Source: Patescibacteria group bacterium
GTDB taxonomy: Bacteria; Patescibacteriota; Microgenomatia; UBA10105; UBA927
Assembly (NCBI GenBank): GCA_035510735.1
Contig: DATKGN010000013.1
Span: forward strand, 128,596-192,595
Direction: 5' to 3'
Length of the DNA stretch: 64,000 bases
In this document: positions 37,562-47,918 of the stretch, in pieces
How positions within the stretch are numbered: the stretch's first letter is position 1
Layout of the letters: the number at the start of each line of letters is the position of its first letter
Program-made: the position numbers and the translations under genes
The notes under the pieces: generated by a model
The model's database searches: none
What the model saw: only the letters and a program-made list of their open reading frames with translations
Told to the model about the DNA's origin: nothing

Positions 37562-39286
37562 TTATCCGAATGTAAATGCGTACAACTCCATATTACCGTC
37601 AAGAAATTCCAACTTTAACTCATGAGAGCCCGGATTGTTCAGTTTTATCAGACGATAAAGTCTATCTTCAACAACGGTAACAATTCCGTTTTGCACATCA
37701 TCTCCCGCATCATCTGCCGTTATCACATTCCCATCCAGATAAATGCGGAAATGCCCCGGCTGGCCGTTATTTGTTCTCATCACTAAAAATAACTGCCCCG
37801 CCGCGAATCGAAATGTAAGAAAAGAACCGGCTTTTGGCGTTGCATTTTCTCCCGACACATTCCAAGGGCCGGCAAGAGCAAAATAATCCTGGCCGATTGT
37901 CGATGGTGTTGTATACGTTATCTCCTTATCAGGAGTCACAACTTCAGGTGAAGCAAATCGTTCTAACCGGTTATACCCAATGTATGTCTCAGGCGTTTGA
38001 GCGTTTATATCATAGGTAGTATTGTGAACAGGCATGTTCGCGACGTTTACTCCCGTCTCAGCCAGCAGTTGCTGAATCATTTTCTCCGATTCATCGTAAT
38101 TACCCTCACCGAAGTGTGTTGAGCGGATTTTACCGTCTTTGTCAATGAAATATTTCGCCGGCCAATACTGATTGCTATACGCATTCCATGTGGCGTAATC
38201 GTTATCCTGCATAACGGGATATGTTATACCGAAATCGCTGATCGCTTTTGTCACATTATCGGCGTTTTTTTCAAATTCAAATTCCGGTGTATGTACACCG
38301 ATAATAACGAGTCCTTTATCGACGTATTTTTTGTACCACGATTCAATATACGGGAGCGTTCGGATACAGTTAATGCATGTGTAGGTCCAGAAGTCGACAA
38401 GAACCACTTTTCCGCGGAGTGATGCCATCGTAAGCGGCTTTGTATTAAACCATTTTCCGCCGGGAACGAGTTCCGGCGCCTGTGGATACATATTGAGCCC
38501 TTTCATGAGCTGGGCAATTGCGTTTGTACCGGTCGACTGTTGTTTCCGTTTGGCAAGAGCATCTTCAACTGGCGCAATATTCTCGAGGGCCGTGAGCCCT
38601 GATCCGTAGTTCGGAAATGTTGTAAGAATGTAATTTTGAAACGTCCGGTCCGCGTTAAAATATAATCCGACGGCGAGGAGAATCATCACAACACCGAAAA
38701 ACCGTTGAATAGTTGAAGAATTACTGATGAGCCACGGTACGCGATTGAGAAGACTTCGTCCTGCTATAAGAAGAAGAAACATCGGAATTGCCGTTCCTAT
38801 TGCATAAGACAACGTTATAAAAACAGAGCTTAAATCCACATTGTTGGTCGCGGCAAGTGCGATGACGGAAGCCAATATTGGACCGACACACGGCGTCCAA
38901 AGCAGTCCGAGGCTTAAACCCAATAGAATACCACCCCAAAACCCCGATTTCTGCGGACGGCTTGAGACGGTAGATGACAATTTTCCGAAAAGCCTTTCCG
39001 TCAGCTTTTGCACCTGTGGAACTAACAGGGCTACACCGAAGACGGCGACGATAATGATGGAAATAATCCTGAGCGCGTCGGGAGGAATGTTAAGTAATTT
39101 TACAATTGCCGACAACGCGAGAGTAAAAAATGTAAAACTCGCGATAAACCCGACGACTATTCCGGTCGGTCGTCTCTTACCCCCGCCGATACTACCCGAT
39201 AAAACAATCGGCAATACCGGTAAAATGCAGGGGGAAAGTATCGTAACGATTCCGGCTAGAAATGCGAAAATGATAAGAAGTATCAT
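37562..39286 (-). CDS. Thiol:disulfide interchange fusion protein: CcdA/DsbD transmembrane domain plus thioredoxin-like (TlpA/ResA) domain plus C-terminal beta domain
   Basis: N-terminal ILSPCILPVLP (DsbD/CcdA Cys motif), second TM Cys (WTPCVGP), then WTYTCINC thioredoxin CxxC. Confidence 0.75.
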   Translation of the reverse strand: MILLIIFAFLAGIVTILSPCILPVLPIVLSGSIGGGKRRPTGIVVGFIASFTFFTLALSAIVKLLNIPPDALRIISIIIVAVFGVALLVPQVQKLTERLFGKLSSTVSSRPQKSGFWGGILLGLSLGLLWTPCVGPILASVIALAATNNVDLSSVFITLSYAIGTAIPMFLLLIAGRSLLNRVPWLISNSSTIQRFFGVVMILLAVGLYFNADRTFQNYILTTFPNYGSGLTALENIAPVEDALAKRKQQSTGTNAIAQLMKGLNMYPQAPELVPGGKWFNTKPLTMASLRGKVVLVDFWTYTCINCIRTLPYIESWYKKYVDKGLVIIGVHTPEFEFEKNADNVTKAISDFGITYPVMQDNDYATWNAYSNQYWPAKYFIDKDGKIRSTHFGEGNYDESEKMIQQLLAETGVNVANMPVHNTTYDINAQTPETYIGYNRLERFASPEVVTPDKEITYTTPSTIGQDYFALAGPWNVSGENATPKAGSFLTFRFAAGQLFLVMRTNNGQPGHFRIYLDGNVITADDAGDDVQNGIVTVVEDRLYRLIKLNNPGSHELKLEFLDGNMELYAFTFG

Positions 39287-39376
39287 AAATTGTAATCTAC
39301 ATTACCATTTTACACTCATACACACACGAGTACAAACAAAATTTTATATATGTAATCTACATTATCGCGCAAAAAA

Positions 39377-39802
39377 TTGAAACGTAGTAGGATTAGATTT
39401 ATGACGACATACGCTTGGTATAAGAAACTCAAAAAACCGTCATTTGCCCCACCACCCTGGGTTTTTACACCTGTTTGGAGCGTCCTCTACATCATGATTT
39501 TTTTCACCTTTGGGTATGTGATGCTTCAATGGATAAGCGGAACACTGCCATTTCTTCTCATCCTGCCGTTTGTCGTAAATTTGATAAGCAATCTTGCCTA
39601 TACACCGATTCAGTTCGGACTGAAAAATAATGAAGCCGCACTTGTTGATATTTTTGTTATTGACGTGACTCTTCTGTGGGCTATGATCGGTATTTACCAA
39701 TATTATCCGTTCGTAACATATATCCTGATCCCCTATCTCCTGTGGATATTGTTTGCAACGATTCTTCAATCGACTATTACCTACCTCAATCGGAAAAAAT
39801 AA
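39377..39802 (+). CDS. tspO: TspO/MBR (tryptophan-rich sensory protein) family
   Basis: KPSFAPPPWVFTPVWSVLY signature and 5 TM helices. Confidence 0.8.
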   Translation: MKRSRIRFMTTYAWYKKLKKPSFAPPPWVFTPVWSVLYIMIFFTFGYVMLQWISGTLPFLLILPFVVNLISNLAYTPIQFGLKNNEAALVDIFVIDVTLLWAMIGIYQYYPFVTYILIPYLLWILFATILQSTITYLNRKK

Positions 39803-39805
39803 CAC

Positions 39806-40282
39806 TCACTTTCCGATCACCTTCACAATCGTGAGCGATGTCACCAGAAGAATGATAAATGAACTGACAAACCAACTCGCAAGTAGTCCGTACGGTACAT
39901 TAAATAATAATATCGATGGTAACGTAAAAAATATGAATGACGTTGCAACCATCAGATCAGCAAAAAAGAATGACCGCTTCATATAGCCTTTGGGTAAATA
40001 GTCCTTAAGATAGTAATAAATAATCGCAAGCGACATCCCGGTCATAAACGTTATAATCGCCGACACAATATAGAACTCAGATAGAGGCGGACCTGCCGTC
40101 GGCCCACCCGCCGGCGAGGCAGACATCATGAGTGGACTCCACAAACCGAAATATTTCGGATCCATATAATAATGAAACGTCCATATCATTTCCAGTTGTC
40201 GTACAACGATGCTCGTAACGGAATATAAGAAGCCAACCAGTAATACGCGGCCCCATTGAATTGAACCAATCCATTTGATCAT
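39806..40282 (-). CDS. Hypothetical polytopic membrane protein
   Basis: ORF plus 4 predicted TM helices. Confidence 0.4.
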   Translation of the reverse strand: MIKWIGSIQWGRVLLVGFLYSVTSIVVRQLEMIWTFHYYMDPKYFGLWSPLMMSASPAGGPTAGPPLSEFYIVSAIITFMTGMSLAIIYYYLKDYLPKGYMKRSFFFADLMVATSFIFFTLPSILLFNVPYGLLASWFVSSFIILLVTSLTIVKVIGK

Positions 40283-40321
40283 AAATCCTCCTTACAAATA
40301 CCAACGACTACCTTTATGGTA

Positions 40322-40960
40322 TTACTGATGATATGTGCCGGTCAATGTTGCCTCCGAAATAATATGGTTCTTCATACTCTGTTCTAAGCCCGAAGCCGTT
40401 GTCGTGGCCAGAAGATTAATCATAGTGTCAAGTGCATAGAGGGTAAACACATACCGATGCGTTCCGGTCGGCGGACATGGAGGAGTGTATCCTACCTTTC
40501 CGGAACTGTTCGTTCCTTCAATAAATGCAGGAAGAGTAATACCTGCAGGAATTTCCTGGATTTGCGCAGGTATATTCCACAGAATCCAATGATGAAATAT
40601 ACCTCCTGGTGCATCCGGGTCATACAAAATTAATGCCAAAGAATTTACGCCGGACGGAACACCGGTGATAGTGAGCGGTGGATTAATGCCTTGCCCTAAA
40701 CACGAGTATTGCCGCGGAATTGCCTGCGAATCGGTAAATGCACTGCTCGTTAGTTTCATTGAACTTGCTCGTAACTTCGCACCCATACAGAGTTTCGTCG
40801 GTTTTGGTGCACTTGGTTTACCGTGCCTAACCCACGAGCCATTTTGACAAATCCAGTTATCTTCACCAGTGAACCCTCTGAGAACTACGAATGACAAACT
40901 CATCCCGACAATAACAGCTACGCTAAACCAAACCCACTTCATACTGTCATTATATCCCAA
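40322..40960 (-). CDS. YbhB/YbcL family Raf-kinase-inhibitor-like (PEBP) protein, membrane-anchored
   Basis: LILYDPDAP...HHW...PPCPP...HRYVFTLYAL PEBP motifs. Confidence 0.8.
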   Translation of the reverse strand: MGYNDSMKWVWFSVAVIVGMSLSFVVLRGFTGEDNWICQNGSWVRHGKPSAPKPTKLCMGAKLRASSMKLTSSAFTDSQAIPRQYSCLGQGINPPLTITGVPSGVNSLALILYDPDAPGGIFHHWILWNIPAQIQEIPAGITLPAFIEGTNSSGKVGYTPPCPPTGTHRYVFTLYALDTMINLLATTTASGLEQSMKNHIISEATLTGTYHQ

Positions 40961-40968
40961 TCAACTAA

Positions 40969-41463
40969 CTATCTTGCCACACTTTTATTTAGCGTTGCAT
41001 CCCAACACTCAGGAATCAGACTGGCAGGGAAATCCGGATATTGGGAAAGACTTTCACATTGGATTACCCCGTTCCCATCCCAAACGAGTTTCCAGGCGCC
41101 TGCAGTTTTTGCCGCGAACCATAATCCGCCGCCTGCCGAGGCCGAAGCCATTCCCTTCGCGAAGTTTCCCGAAATCGTACTGACCGTAATTGTCAATTCG
41201 TTGGCGCTGGTCCCGTGCTCGGCAATGAGCCCCTGCTTAACGACGCTTTTCAATGCTTCTGTTTCATCGACTGTTGCTTGCGGCGTTACTTGTACAGTTG
41301 GCGTAACTTGCGATGTTGATGTTGCGACAGGCTGCTGTTGAGTAATCACCGGGATAACATTATTAGATTGAGAAACCGGTGCCGTTTTGGTTCCCAAGTA
41401 ATATGCTCCGACCCCTACAACAACTAAACCGAATAGAAATATACCAATTGTTTTACCGTTCAT
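40969..41463 (-). CDS. Secreted/anchored hypothetical protein
   Basis: N-terminal TM helix and a Thr/Val/Gln-rich linker. Confidence 0.45.
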   Translation of the reverse strand: MNGKTIGIFLFGLVVVGVGAYYLGTKTAPVSQSNNVIPVITQQQPVATSTSQVTPTVQVTPQATVDETEALKSVVKQGLIAEHGTSANELTITVSTISGNFAKGMASASAGGGLWFAAKTAGAWKLVWDGNGVIQCESLSQYPDFPASLIPECWDATLNKSVAR

Positions 41464-41648
41464 ATTTCCTCCTTATCAATTCGTATAATAGTCCGAATAT
41501 AAATAAAATATGTACGATATCATATATTCTCTTTCACGATCTGATCTCCCTGAATCGGATTGATGGCAAAAGCCGCAAACAAAAGTTTCCTCAATTGCAA
41601 TACAATTATATATAGTAGCAACGTATATAATAATACGATTAGGAAAAC

Positions 41649-42668
41649 ATGAAGCAAAATTTACCTCTTGGAAAACTGGACTTCCCCGTACTCGAGCGTC
41701 TCCTGAGTAAATATAAAACGCAGTCAGATGCTCGTATAGTACAGGGACCCGCGCTTGGTGAGGACTGCGCAGTCCTGGAGTATTCAGATCATTACCTCAT
41801 CGTTAAAACCGATCCCATTACGTTCACCGCACAGGATATTGGTTGGTATACAGTTCAAATTAACGCAAACGATATAGCGACAACCGGCGCTACGCCTAAA
41901 TATTTTCTATCTACAATACTGCTCCCGTATACAAAAACCGATGAGGAAGATGCAGATCGAATCTTTGGGCAAATATCCGCTGCTAGTAAAGATCTGGGTA
42001 TATCAGTCATCGGAGGTCACACGGAAGTTACTCATGGGATAGACCGGCCGATAATAGCAGGAACCATGTTGGGCGAAGTGAAAAAAGACAAGCTTGTACT
42101 CACTTCCGGCGCTAAGCCTGGAGATGTCGTCATCCTCACTAAGGGCATCGCGATTGAAGGTACGTCGATAATCGCACGGGAAAAAGAGCATGAACTGCTT
42201 AAAAAAAATTACGACAAATCGTTTATTGAAACGTGTAAAAACTACATTCATACCCCCGGAATATCGGTCGTCAAAGACGCGCTAATAGCCAACCGTGAGG
42301 AAGTCCATGCAATGCATGATCCGACGGAGGGCGGCTTGTCCGCAGGGTTATATGAAATTGCTCATGCCTCAAAGGTTGGGCTGCTTGTGAACCGGAAAGC
42401 TATCCCAATTCTCCCTGAGTCGGAAGCTCTTTGCCGTGAATATGGTTTAGACCCTCTAAAAACAATTTCCTCAGGTGCCCTTTTAATTGCCGCACCAGTT
42501 CATAACGCAAACAAAATTATTGACGCGCTTCATAAAAATAATATCCACGCATCCATTATCGGTGAAGTAAAGGATCAATCATTCGGATTAAAAATATCCG
42601 ACGGAAAAACGATTAAAGCGTTAAATTATAGCGCCAAAGATGAAATTACCAAGATTTTTAACGAATAA
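41649..42668 (+). CDS. AIR synthase-related protein (PurM/ThiL/HypE superfamily)
   Basis: N-terminal GEDCAVL...LIVKTDP and C-terminal PTEGGL motifs of the PurM-like fold. Confidence 0.6.
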   Translation: MKQNLPLGKLDFPVLERLLSKYKTQSDARIVQGPALGEDCAVLEYSDHYLIVKTDPITFTAQDIGWYTVQINANDIATTGATPKYFLSTILLPYTKTDEEDADRIFGQISAASKDLGISVIGGHTEVTHGIDRPIIAGTMLGEVKKDKLVLTSGAKPGDVVILTKGIAIEGTSIIAREKEHELLKKNYDKSFIETCKNYIHTPGISVVKDALIANREEVHAMHDPTEGGLSAGLYEIAHASKVGLLVNRKAIPILPESEALCREYGLDPLKTISSGALLIAAPVHNANKIIDALHKNNIHASIIGEVKDQSFGLKISDGKTIKALNYSAKDEITKIFNE

Positions 42669-42740
42669 TCATCAAGATTTACGCTCGAAACGACTAGCCG
42701 AAATCCCCATAGTTAACATAGCAGGAATAGCCCTGGCCTG

Positions 42741-42783
42741 TTGACAAACGCAATTCAGTTGCATATAATAAATGCAACTGAAT
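42741..42783 (+). promoter_or_regulatory. Sigma70-type promoter (TTGACA-N17-TATAAT) overlapped by a perfect 12-bp inverted-repeat Zur/Fur-type operator
   Basis: -35 TTGACA at 42741-46 and -10 TATAAT at 42764-69. ATTCAGTTGCAT (42753-64) and ATGCAACTGAAT (42772-83) form a perfect inverted repeat with a 7-bp AT spacer, directly upstream of the Fur-family gene and znuABC. Confidence 0.65.
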
Positions 42784-42792
42784 AACATTTAT

Positions 42793-43221
42793 ATGACGTT
42801 TCCGCAAAAACACGACTGCACGAATGAACTACATGACGCAGACCTTAAAGTGACCCCTGCGCGCATCGGAATTCTCAGTGCGCTTGAAACAACGAAGCTG
42901 CCTCTCGATATATCAGATCTTGTCCGATACCTGAGTGATCATAAAATACAAGCGGACCGTGTTACCGTATTCCGTAGTATGAATGTCCTGTCGGAAAAAG
43001 GATTGGTTAAACAAATCCAATTTAATGAGGGAAAATTGCGCTATGAATATGCGGCAAAACCTGACCATCATCATTTCGTCTGCGAAAAATGCGGGATGGT
43101 TGAAGATATTTCCCAGTGCAATGTTGAGAAAATAGAAAAAGATTTACAAAAAACGAAAGGACTGCTCATCAGACACCATAGTCTCGAATTTTTCGGACTA
43201 TGTGCGAAGTGTCAGCAATAA
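42793..43221 (+). CDS. zur: Fur family metalloregulator, likely zinc uptake regulator Zur
   Basis: Fur-family DNA-binding helix and HHHFVCEKCG...CAKC metal sites. First gene of the Zn ABC operon. Start chosen at 42793 because the track ATG at 42772 lies inside the operator. Confidence 0.75.
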   Translation: MTFPQKHDCTNELHDADLKVTPARIGILSALETTKLPLDISDLVRYLSDHKIQADRVTVFRSMNVLSEKGLVKQIQFNEGKLRYEYAAKPDHHHFVCEKCGMVEDISQCNVEKIEKDLQKTKGLLIRHHSLEFFGLCAKCQQ

Positions 43222-43227
43222 TAGTTT

Positions 43228-44163
43228 ATGAGAAAAATGACGCTCGTTATTACTTCTCTATTTACCCTCACCGTTCTGGGAATTTTCATATATAAAACTC
43301 ATAGGAGGGCGTTTGATAACAGCAAAACAATGAATATGAATCGAAACAAAATTTCGGTCGTCACCTCATTTTATCCTTTGTACTTTTTCGCCGCAAAAAT
43401 CGGCGGAGATAAAGTAGCGGTTAAGAACATTACGCCTTCGGGGGCGGAACCGCATGACTATGATCCATCCACCCGGGATATTGCCGACATTGAAAAAAGT
43501 AACATTCTTGTTCTCAACGGCGGTGTTGAATCATGGGGAAACAAAATCAGAGATAACGTTAAAGGAACGGGTGTTATAGTCATAACCGCAGGAGATGGAC
43601 TTCTCACGCAGCAGGTAAATGAAGACGGACAAAATCAAACAGATCCTCATGTCTGGCTTGATCCGATTCTCGCAAAGAAGGAAGCGCACAAAATCGCGGA
43701 TGGCCTTATGAAAGCAGATTCAGTAAACGCAAAGTACTATCTGGAAAATGAAACAGCATTGGATAATCAGCTCGATTCACTCGACATTTCATACAAAAAT
43801 GGCTTGTCCTCGTGTAAAGAAAAGGACATAATTACTTCTCACGCGGCATTTGGATATTTAGCGACACGATATCACCTGACACAAGTGCCCATTGCAGGGC
43901 TTTCTCCTGACGCAGAACCTTCAGCGAAACAACTAGCGGATATTGCAACATTCGCGAGAGTGCATAATATTAACTATATTTTTTTTGAGAGTCTCGTAAG
44001 CCCAAAACTTTCTCAAACCATTGCTACCGAAATTGGGGCGAAAACCCTCGTACTTGACCCTATTGAAGGAGTAAGCGATGCTGATATGAAAATCGGGAAA
44101 AATTATCTGACGATTATGGAAAACAATTTAACAAACCTTCAAACTGCTCTTGATTGCAAATGA
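43228..44163 (+). CDS. znuA: Metal (Zn/Mn) ABC transporter substrate-binding protein, ZnuA/TroA family
   Basis: Cluster 9 SBP pattern (GAEPHDYDPS, DPHVWLDP). Confidence 0.8.
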   Translation: MRKMTLVITSLFTLTVLGIFIYKTHRRAFDNSKTMNMNRNKISVVTSFYPLYFFAAKIGGDKVAVKNITPSGAEPHDYDPSTRDIADIEKSNILVLNGGVESWGNKIRDNVKGTGVIVITAGDGLLTQQVNEDGQNQTDPHVWLDPILAKKEAHKIADGLMKADSVNAKYYLENETALDNQLDSLDISYKNGLSSCKEKDIITSHAAFGYLATRYHLTQVPIAGLSPDAEPSAKQLADIATFARVHNINYIFFESLVSPKLSQTIATEIGAKTLVLDPIEGVSDADMKIGKNYLTIMENNLTNLQTALDCK

Positions 44164-44936
44164 TAGATCATACAAAAAATATCATCGAACTCCGCAATGT
44201 TTCATATTCGTATAATGGAAAAGAAAAAATTGTGGATGACGTCACACTTGCAATTCACGAGGGTGATTATCTCGGAATCATCGGCCCGAACGGTGGAGGA
44301 AAAACCACCGTTTTGAAAATCATGCTCGGTCTACTTCGCCCGACAGTGGGGTCAGTGTACTTGTTTAATCAGACTATTTCTTCATTCCATGATTGGCATA
44401 AAATCGGATATGTCCCGCAAAAGGCAACGTCTATCGATATTAATTTTCCTGCAACAGTTGAAGAGGTTGTTTCCATGGGTACATACGCTAGACGCGGCGT
44501 ATTGCATTTCACTAATTCTGACGATGGTAAAAAAGTCGAAAAAGCTTTGTCTCAGGTTGAGATGCTTCCGTATAAAGACAGGCGAATCGGTGATCTTTCC
44601 GGAGGACAACAACAGCGAGTTTTTATTGCAAGAGCGCTGGCTGCGGAACCGGAAGTTATTTTTTTGGATGAACCCACCGTAGGCGTCGACTTAAAAACGC
44701 AGGAAAGCTTTTATTTACTTCTGCGGAAACTTAATAGAGATTTTCACTTAACGCTCGTTCTGGTTTCCCATGAAATCGATATCATCGCACGGGAAACGAC
44801 TGAAGTTGCATATATCAACGGTCGTTTGGTCAGTTATTGTACACCTGACGAACTCGCTAAAAAAGGCGGTCTCGAACACTTATACGGAAAGGGGTTGAAA
44901 TATATTTTGCATGATCACGGCAGTGTTATTAAATAA
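44154..44936 (+). CDS. znuC: Metal ABC transporter ATP-binding protein
   Basis: Walker A GPNGGGKTT, signature LSGGQQQR and Walker B. Confidence 0.85.
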   Translation: MQMIDHTKNIIELRNVSYSYNGKEKIVDDVTLAIHEGDYLGIIGPNGGGKTTVLKIMLGLLRPTVGSVYLFNQTISSFHDWHKIGYVPQKATSIDINFPATVEEVVSMGTYARRGVLHFTNSDDGKKVEKALSQVEMLPYKDRRIGDLSGGQQQRVFIARALAAEPEVIFLDEPTVGVDLKTQESFYLLLRKLNRDFHLTLVLVSHEIDIIARETTEVAYINGRLVSYCTPDELAKKGGLEHLYGKGLKYILHDHGSVIK

Positions 44937-44938
44937 CT

Positions 44939-45736
44939 ATGTTTGAAATGTTTCAGTACAGTTTTATCGTCCGCGGGTTTGAAGCCGGGCTCATTATTGC
45001 CTTCATAGCTCCCCTTATCGGAATGTTTTTGGTTTTACGAAGATATTCACTTATCGCAGATACGCTTTCTCACGTGTCTTTAGCTGGTGTTGCAATTGGC
45101 CTCTTATTGAGAATTAACCCTCTGGTTACGGCAATTACCACAGCCGTCGTATCGTCCGTTGCGATAGAACGCCTCAGAATTTCCAAAAAAATTTACGGAG
45201 AATCTGCTTTAGCAATTTTTTTATCAGGAAGCTTGGCTCTTGCGATCGTACTTATCAGCCTCGCCCATGGATTTAACGTCGACCTATTCAATTATCTTTT
45301 CGGAAGTATAGTAACCGTAAAACAATCGGATGTGTATATTATCGGAGGATTAGGAGTTTTTGTTTTAGTAACTATTATCGCATTATATAAAGAACTCGTT
45401 TACATAACTTTCGATGAAGAATCAGCGCAAGTCAGCGGTATCCCGACTAAAATAATTAATATATTTCTCATCGCTTTAACAGCGCTGACCGTCTCCGTAG
45501 CTATACCAATCGTCGGTGTACTCCTTATCGCGGCACTCATTGTTATCCCAATTGTTACTGCGTTGCAATTCAGACAAAGTTTTAAAAGTACAATAGTTAT
45601 AGCTGAAGTTATATCAGTATTTTCCGTTGTATCGGGTATAATCAGTTCTTATTATCTCAACCTATCATCGGGCGGGTGTATTGTGCTTATCTCTATATTC
45701 ATATTCGTTATCGTGGAGTTACTGACAAATTCCTGA
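44939..45736 (+). CDS. znuB: Metal ABC transporter permease
   Basis: ABC-3 family polytopic permease. Confidence 0.85.
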   Translation: MFEMFQYSFIVRGFEAGLIIAFIAPLIGMFLVLRRYSLIADTLSHVSLAGVAIGLLLRINPLVTAITTAVVSSVAIERLRISKKIYGESALAIFLSGSLALAIVLISLAHGFNVDLFNYLFGSIVTVKQSDVYIIGGLGVFVLVTIIALYKELVYITFDEESAQVSGIPTKIINIFLIALTALTVSVAIPIVGVLLIAALIVIPIVTALQFRQSFKSTIVIAEVISVFSVVSGIISSYYLNLSSGGCIVLISIFIFVIVELLTNS

Positions 45737-45751
45737 TATTATAACGCGTAC

Positions 45752-46891
45752 ATGCGAAGAATTTCCCGGCTACTTTTTATACTTGTTTCGGCATTTGTTA
45801 TCTTCTCTAATCTTCCGGTTGTCCATGCGAAGGACACAGCCGGCCAGGCGCCTGAGACGTTCTACAAAGCGGAGGTAGAGGCCATTTTGGATCAGGGAGA
45901 AATCCGCGCCTATGGATTTGTAAATCCTTATCAGAAGGTCAAGGTTAAAATCGAAAACGGTGATATTGAAAATAAAGAGATTGTCATAGTCCAGGGACAG
46001 GATATTCACATCGACCCAAGCCAATTGGTACAGGCAGGACAGACGATCGTCGTTACAAAAATTAAAGGGCCCGACGGTCAGGACTCATATCAGATCGCCG
46101 ATACCTACAGACTCGATAAATTAACGACGATCATTATCATTTTCTTTATTGCAATCATCGTATTGAGCGGATGGCAGGGGTTGGGTTCAATTTTCGGGAT
46201 GATCGTAAGTTTGGTTGTTATTGCAAAATTCGTCATCCCTCAAATATTAGCGGGTCACGATCCCCTATTTATCAGTATCGTCGGTTGTCTGGTTATTATG
46301 TTCATAACGATTTATCTGGCCCACGGATTTTCCAAAAAAACAACCATCGCCCTTATTTCAACATTCTTAACGCTTATTCTGACCGGCGCGCTTTCAACCC
46401 TCTTCGTCCACATGACTTTTTTATCAGGTCTCGGAAGTGATGATGCATACGCATTGCAAATCGGTCCGGAAGCAAAAATAAATTTCCGGGGTTTACTCTT
46501 AGGAGGCATCCTTATAGGGACCTTAGGTGTGCTGGATGACGTAACGACAGGCCTCTCGGCTTCTGTGTTTGAACTCTATAAAGCAAACCCGAAAATAAGC
46601 TTTGGGCAGTTATTAAAATCAGGCCTCGCCATCGGCCGGGAACATATCTCTTCCCTCGTTAACACGTTGGTTTTGGCGTACGCCGGCGCATCGCTTCCGA
46701 TTTTTCTCACACTTGTACTGAATCCGAACAATTATCCGCTCTGGTCGATCCTTAATAGTGAACTCATCGTCGAGGAAATTGTGAGAACCTTGGCAGGAAG
46801 TATCGGACTGGTTGCTGCAGTGCCTTTGACAACGTTCCTCGCGACGATATATATAACCGAGTTTTATTCAAAATCTAAAAAAACGAATTAA
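45752..46891 (+). CDS. YibE/F-like family membrane protein
   Basis: Signal peptide, a soluble N-domain, then about 8 TM helices; architecture typical of YibE/F. Confidence 0.55.
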   Translation: MRRISRLLFILVSAFVIFSNLPVVHAKDTAGQAPETFYKAEVEAILDQGEIRAYGFVNPYQKVKVKIENGDIENKEIVIVQGQDIHIDPSQLVQAGQTIVVTKIKGPDGQDSYQIADTYRLDKLTTIIIIFFIAIIVLSGWQGLGSIFGMIVSLVVIAKFVIPQILAGHDPLFISIVGCLVIMFITIYLAHGFSKKTTIALISTFLTLILTGALSTLFVHMTFLSGLGSDDAYALQIGPEAKINFRGLLLGGILIGTLGVLDDVTTGLSASVFELYKANPKISFGQLLKSGLAIGREHISSLVNTLVLAYAGASLPIFLTLVLNPNNYPLWSILNSELIVEEIVRTLAGSIGLVAAVPLTTFLATIYITEFYSKSKKTN

Positions 46892-46895
46892 TCCG

Positions 46896-47918
46896 ATGAA
46901 AACCAAGGAACGGTATATTCATATAGATATCCTCCGCGCGATCGCAATTCTCGGCGTCATGCTGACCCACTCCTTAGCGGTATTTTTGGGTCCCGACAAA
47001 ATAAATATCTTCTGGAACTATCTGCATTTCGTTGTTGTCGCGTTCGTCGGATGTTCGGGGTACGTTACCGCGTTTTCATATAAAAGATTAGGTGATATGA
47101 ATCTGCTCTCATGGTACGGAAAGCGATTCATTCGGCTCTACATACCCTACGCTCTATACGTCGTATCATTCGCGCTTCTTGGCCTTCTGTTACCAGTATT
47201 TTTTCATTATACCGGCATTTCCTATACCGGGAAGTTTTTCCTGTCTTCATTTTTACTCACCGGAGGCGTTGATGTCGGATGGCTTACGCTATTATTTATC
47301 CAGCTTGCTCTGATTACCCCGTTACTTGTTGGGTTACTGAATAATAAGCGGGCGCTTATACTTTTCCTGACGGCGATCGGCCTATTCACACTTGTAACCG
47401 CATTTTTCAGAATTCCCACAATGTACTCCCGAGCAATCGCCTGGCTCCCCTGGGCCGGCATCTTTCTCCTTGGGGGGATACTTGCACAAAGGGACTCCGC
47501 AAAAACCCCAAAGTCCTCAAACGGTATTCTCTTGTTTGCGGTCCTGTCTTTCGGCACGTGGTTACTATTACGCTTCCTGCTTAGTAACTTACATTCACCG
47601 CTGACGTTCACGCTTCATAAATATCCGCCTGACTTATTTTACCTGTCTTACGGAATAGCTATTGCCGGTGTCATGTATTGGGTAGCATCAAGGTATCAAA
47701 ATCGCCTGCAATCCGCCAATTCCCCGATTGCATTTTTAAGCAAACACTCCTACGGTATGTTTTTTCTTCATCTCATCATTCTTAACGGAATAACAACGGT
47801 AACGAAACATGGTTCGGCGCTGTTCGTGAGTTTTATATCAATCACTCTGACGATCCTGATGACATGGATTTGGATGAAAATAACAGAACGGATTGTGTCC
47901 GGGGGTCAGGGCGCGTAA
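46896..47918 (+). CDS. Acyltransferase family 3 (OafA-like) membrane protein
   Basis: N-terminal HIDILRAIAILGVML motif of Acyl_transf_3. Confidence 0.75.
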   Translation: MKTKERYIHIDILRAIAILGVMLTHSLAVFLGPDKINIFWNYLHFVVVAFVGCSGYVTAFSYKRLGDMNLLSWYGKRFIRLYIPYALYVVSFALLGLLLPVFFHYTGISYTGKFFLSSFLLTGGVDVGWLTLLFIQLALITPLLVGLLNNKRALILFLTAIGLFTLVTAFFRIPTMYSRAIAWLPWAGIFLLGGILAQRDSAKTPKSSNGILLFAVLSFGTWLLLRFLLSNLHSPLTFTLHKYPPDLFYLSYGIAIAGVMYWVASRYQNRLQSANSPIAFLSKHSYGMFFLHLIILNGITTVTKHGSALFVSFISITLTILMTWIWMKITERIVSGGQGA

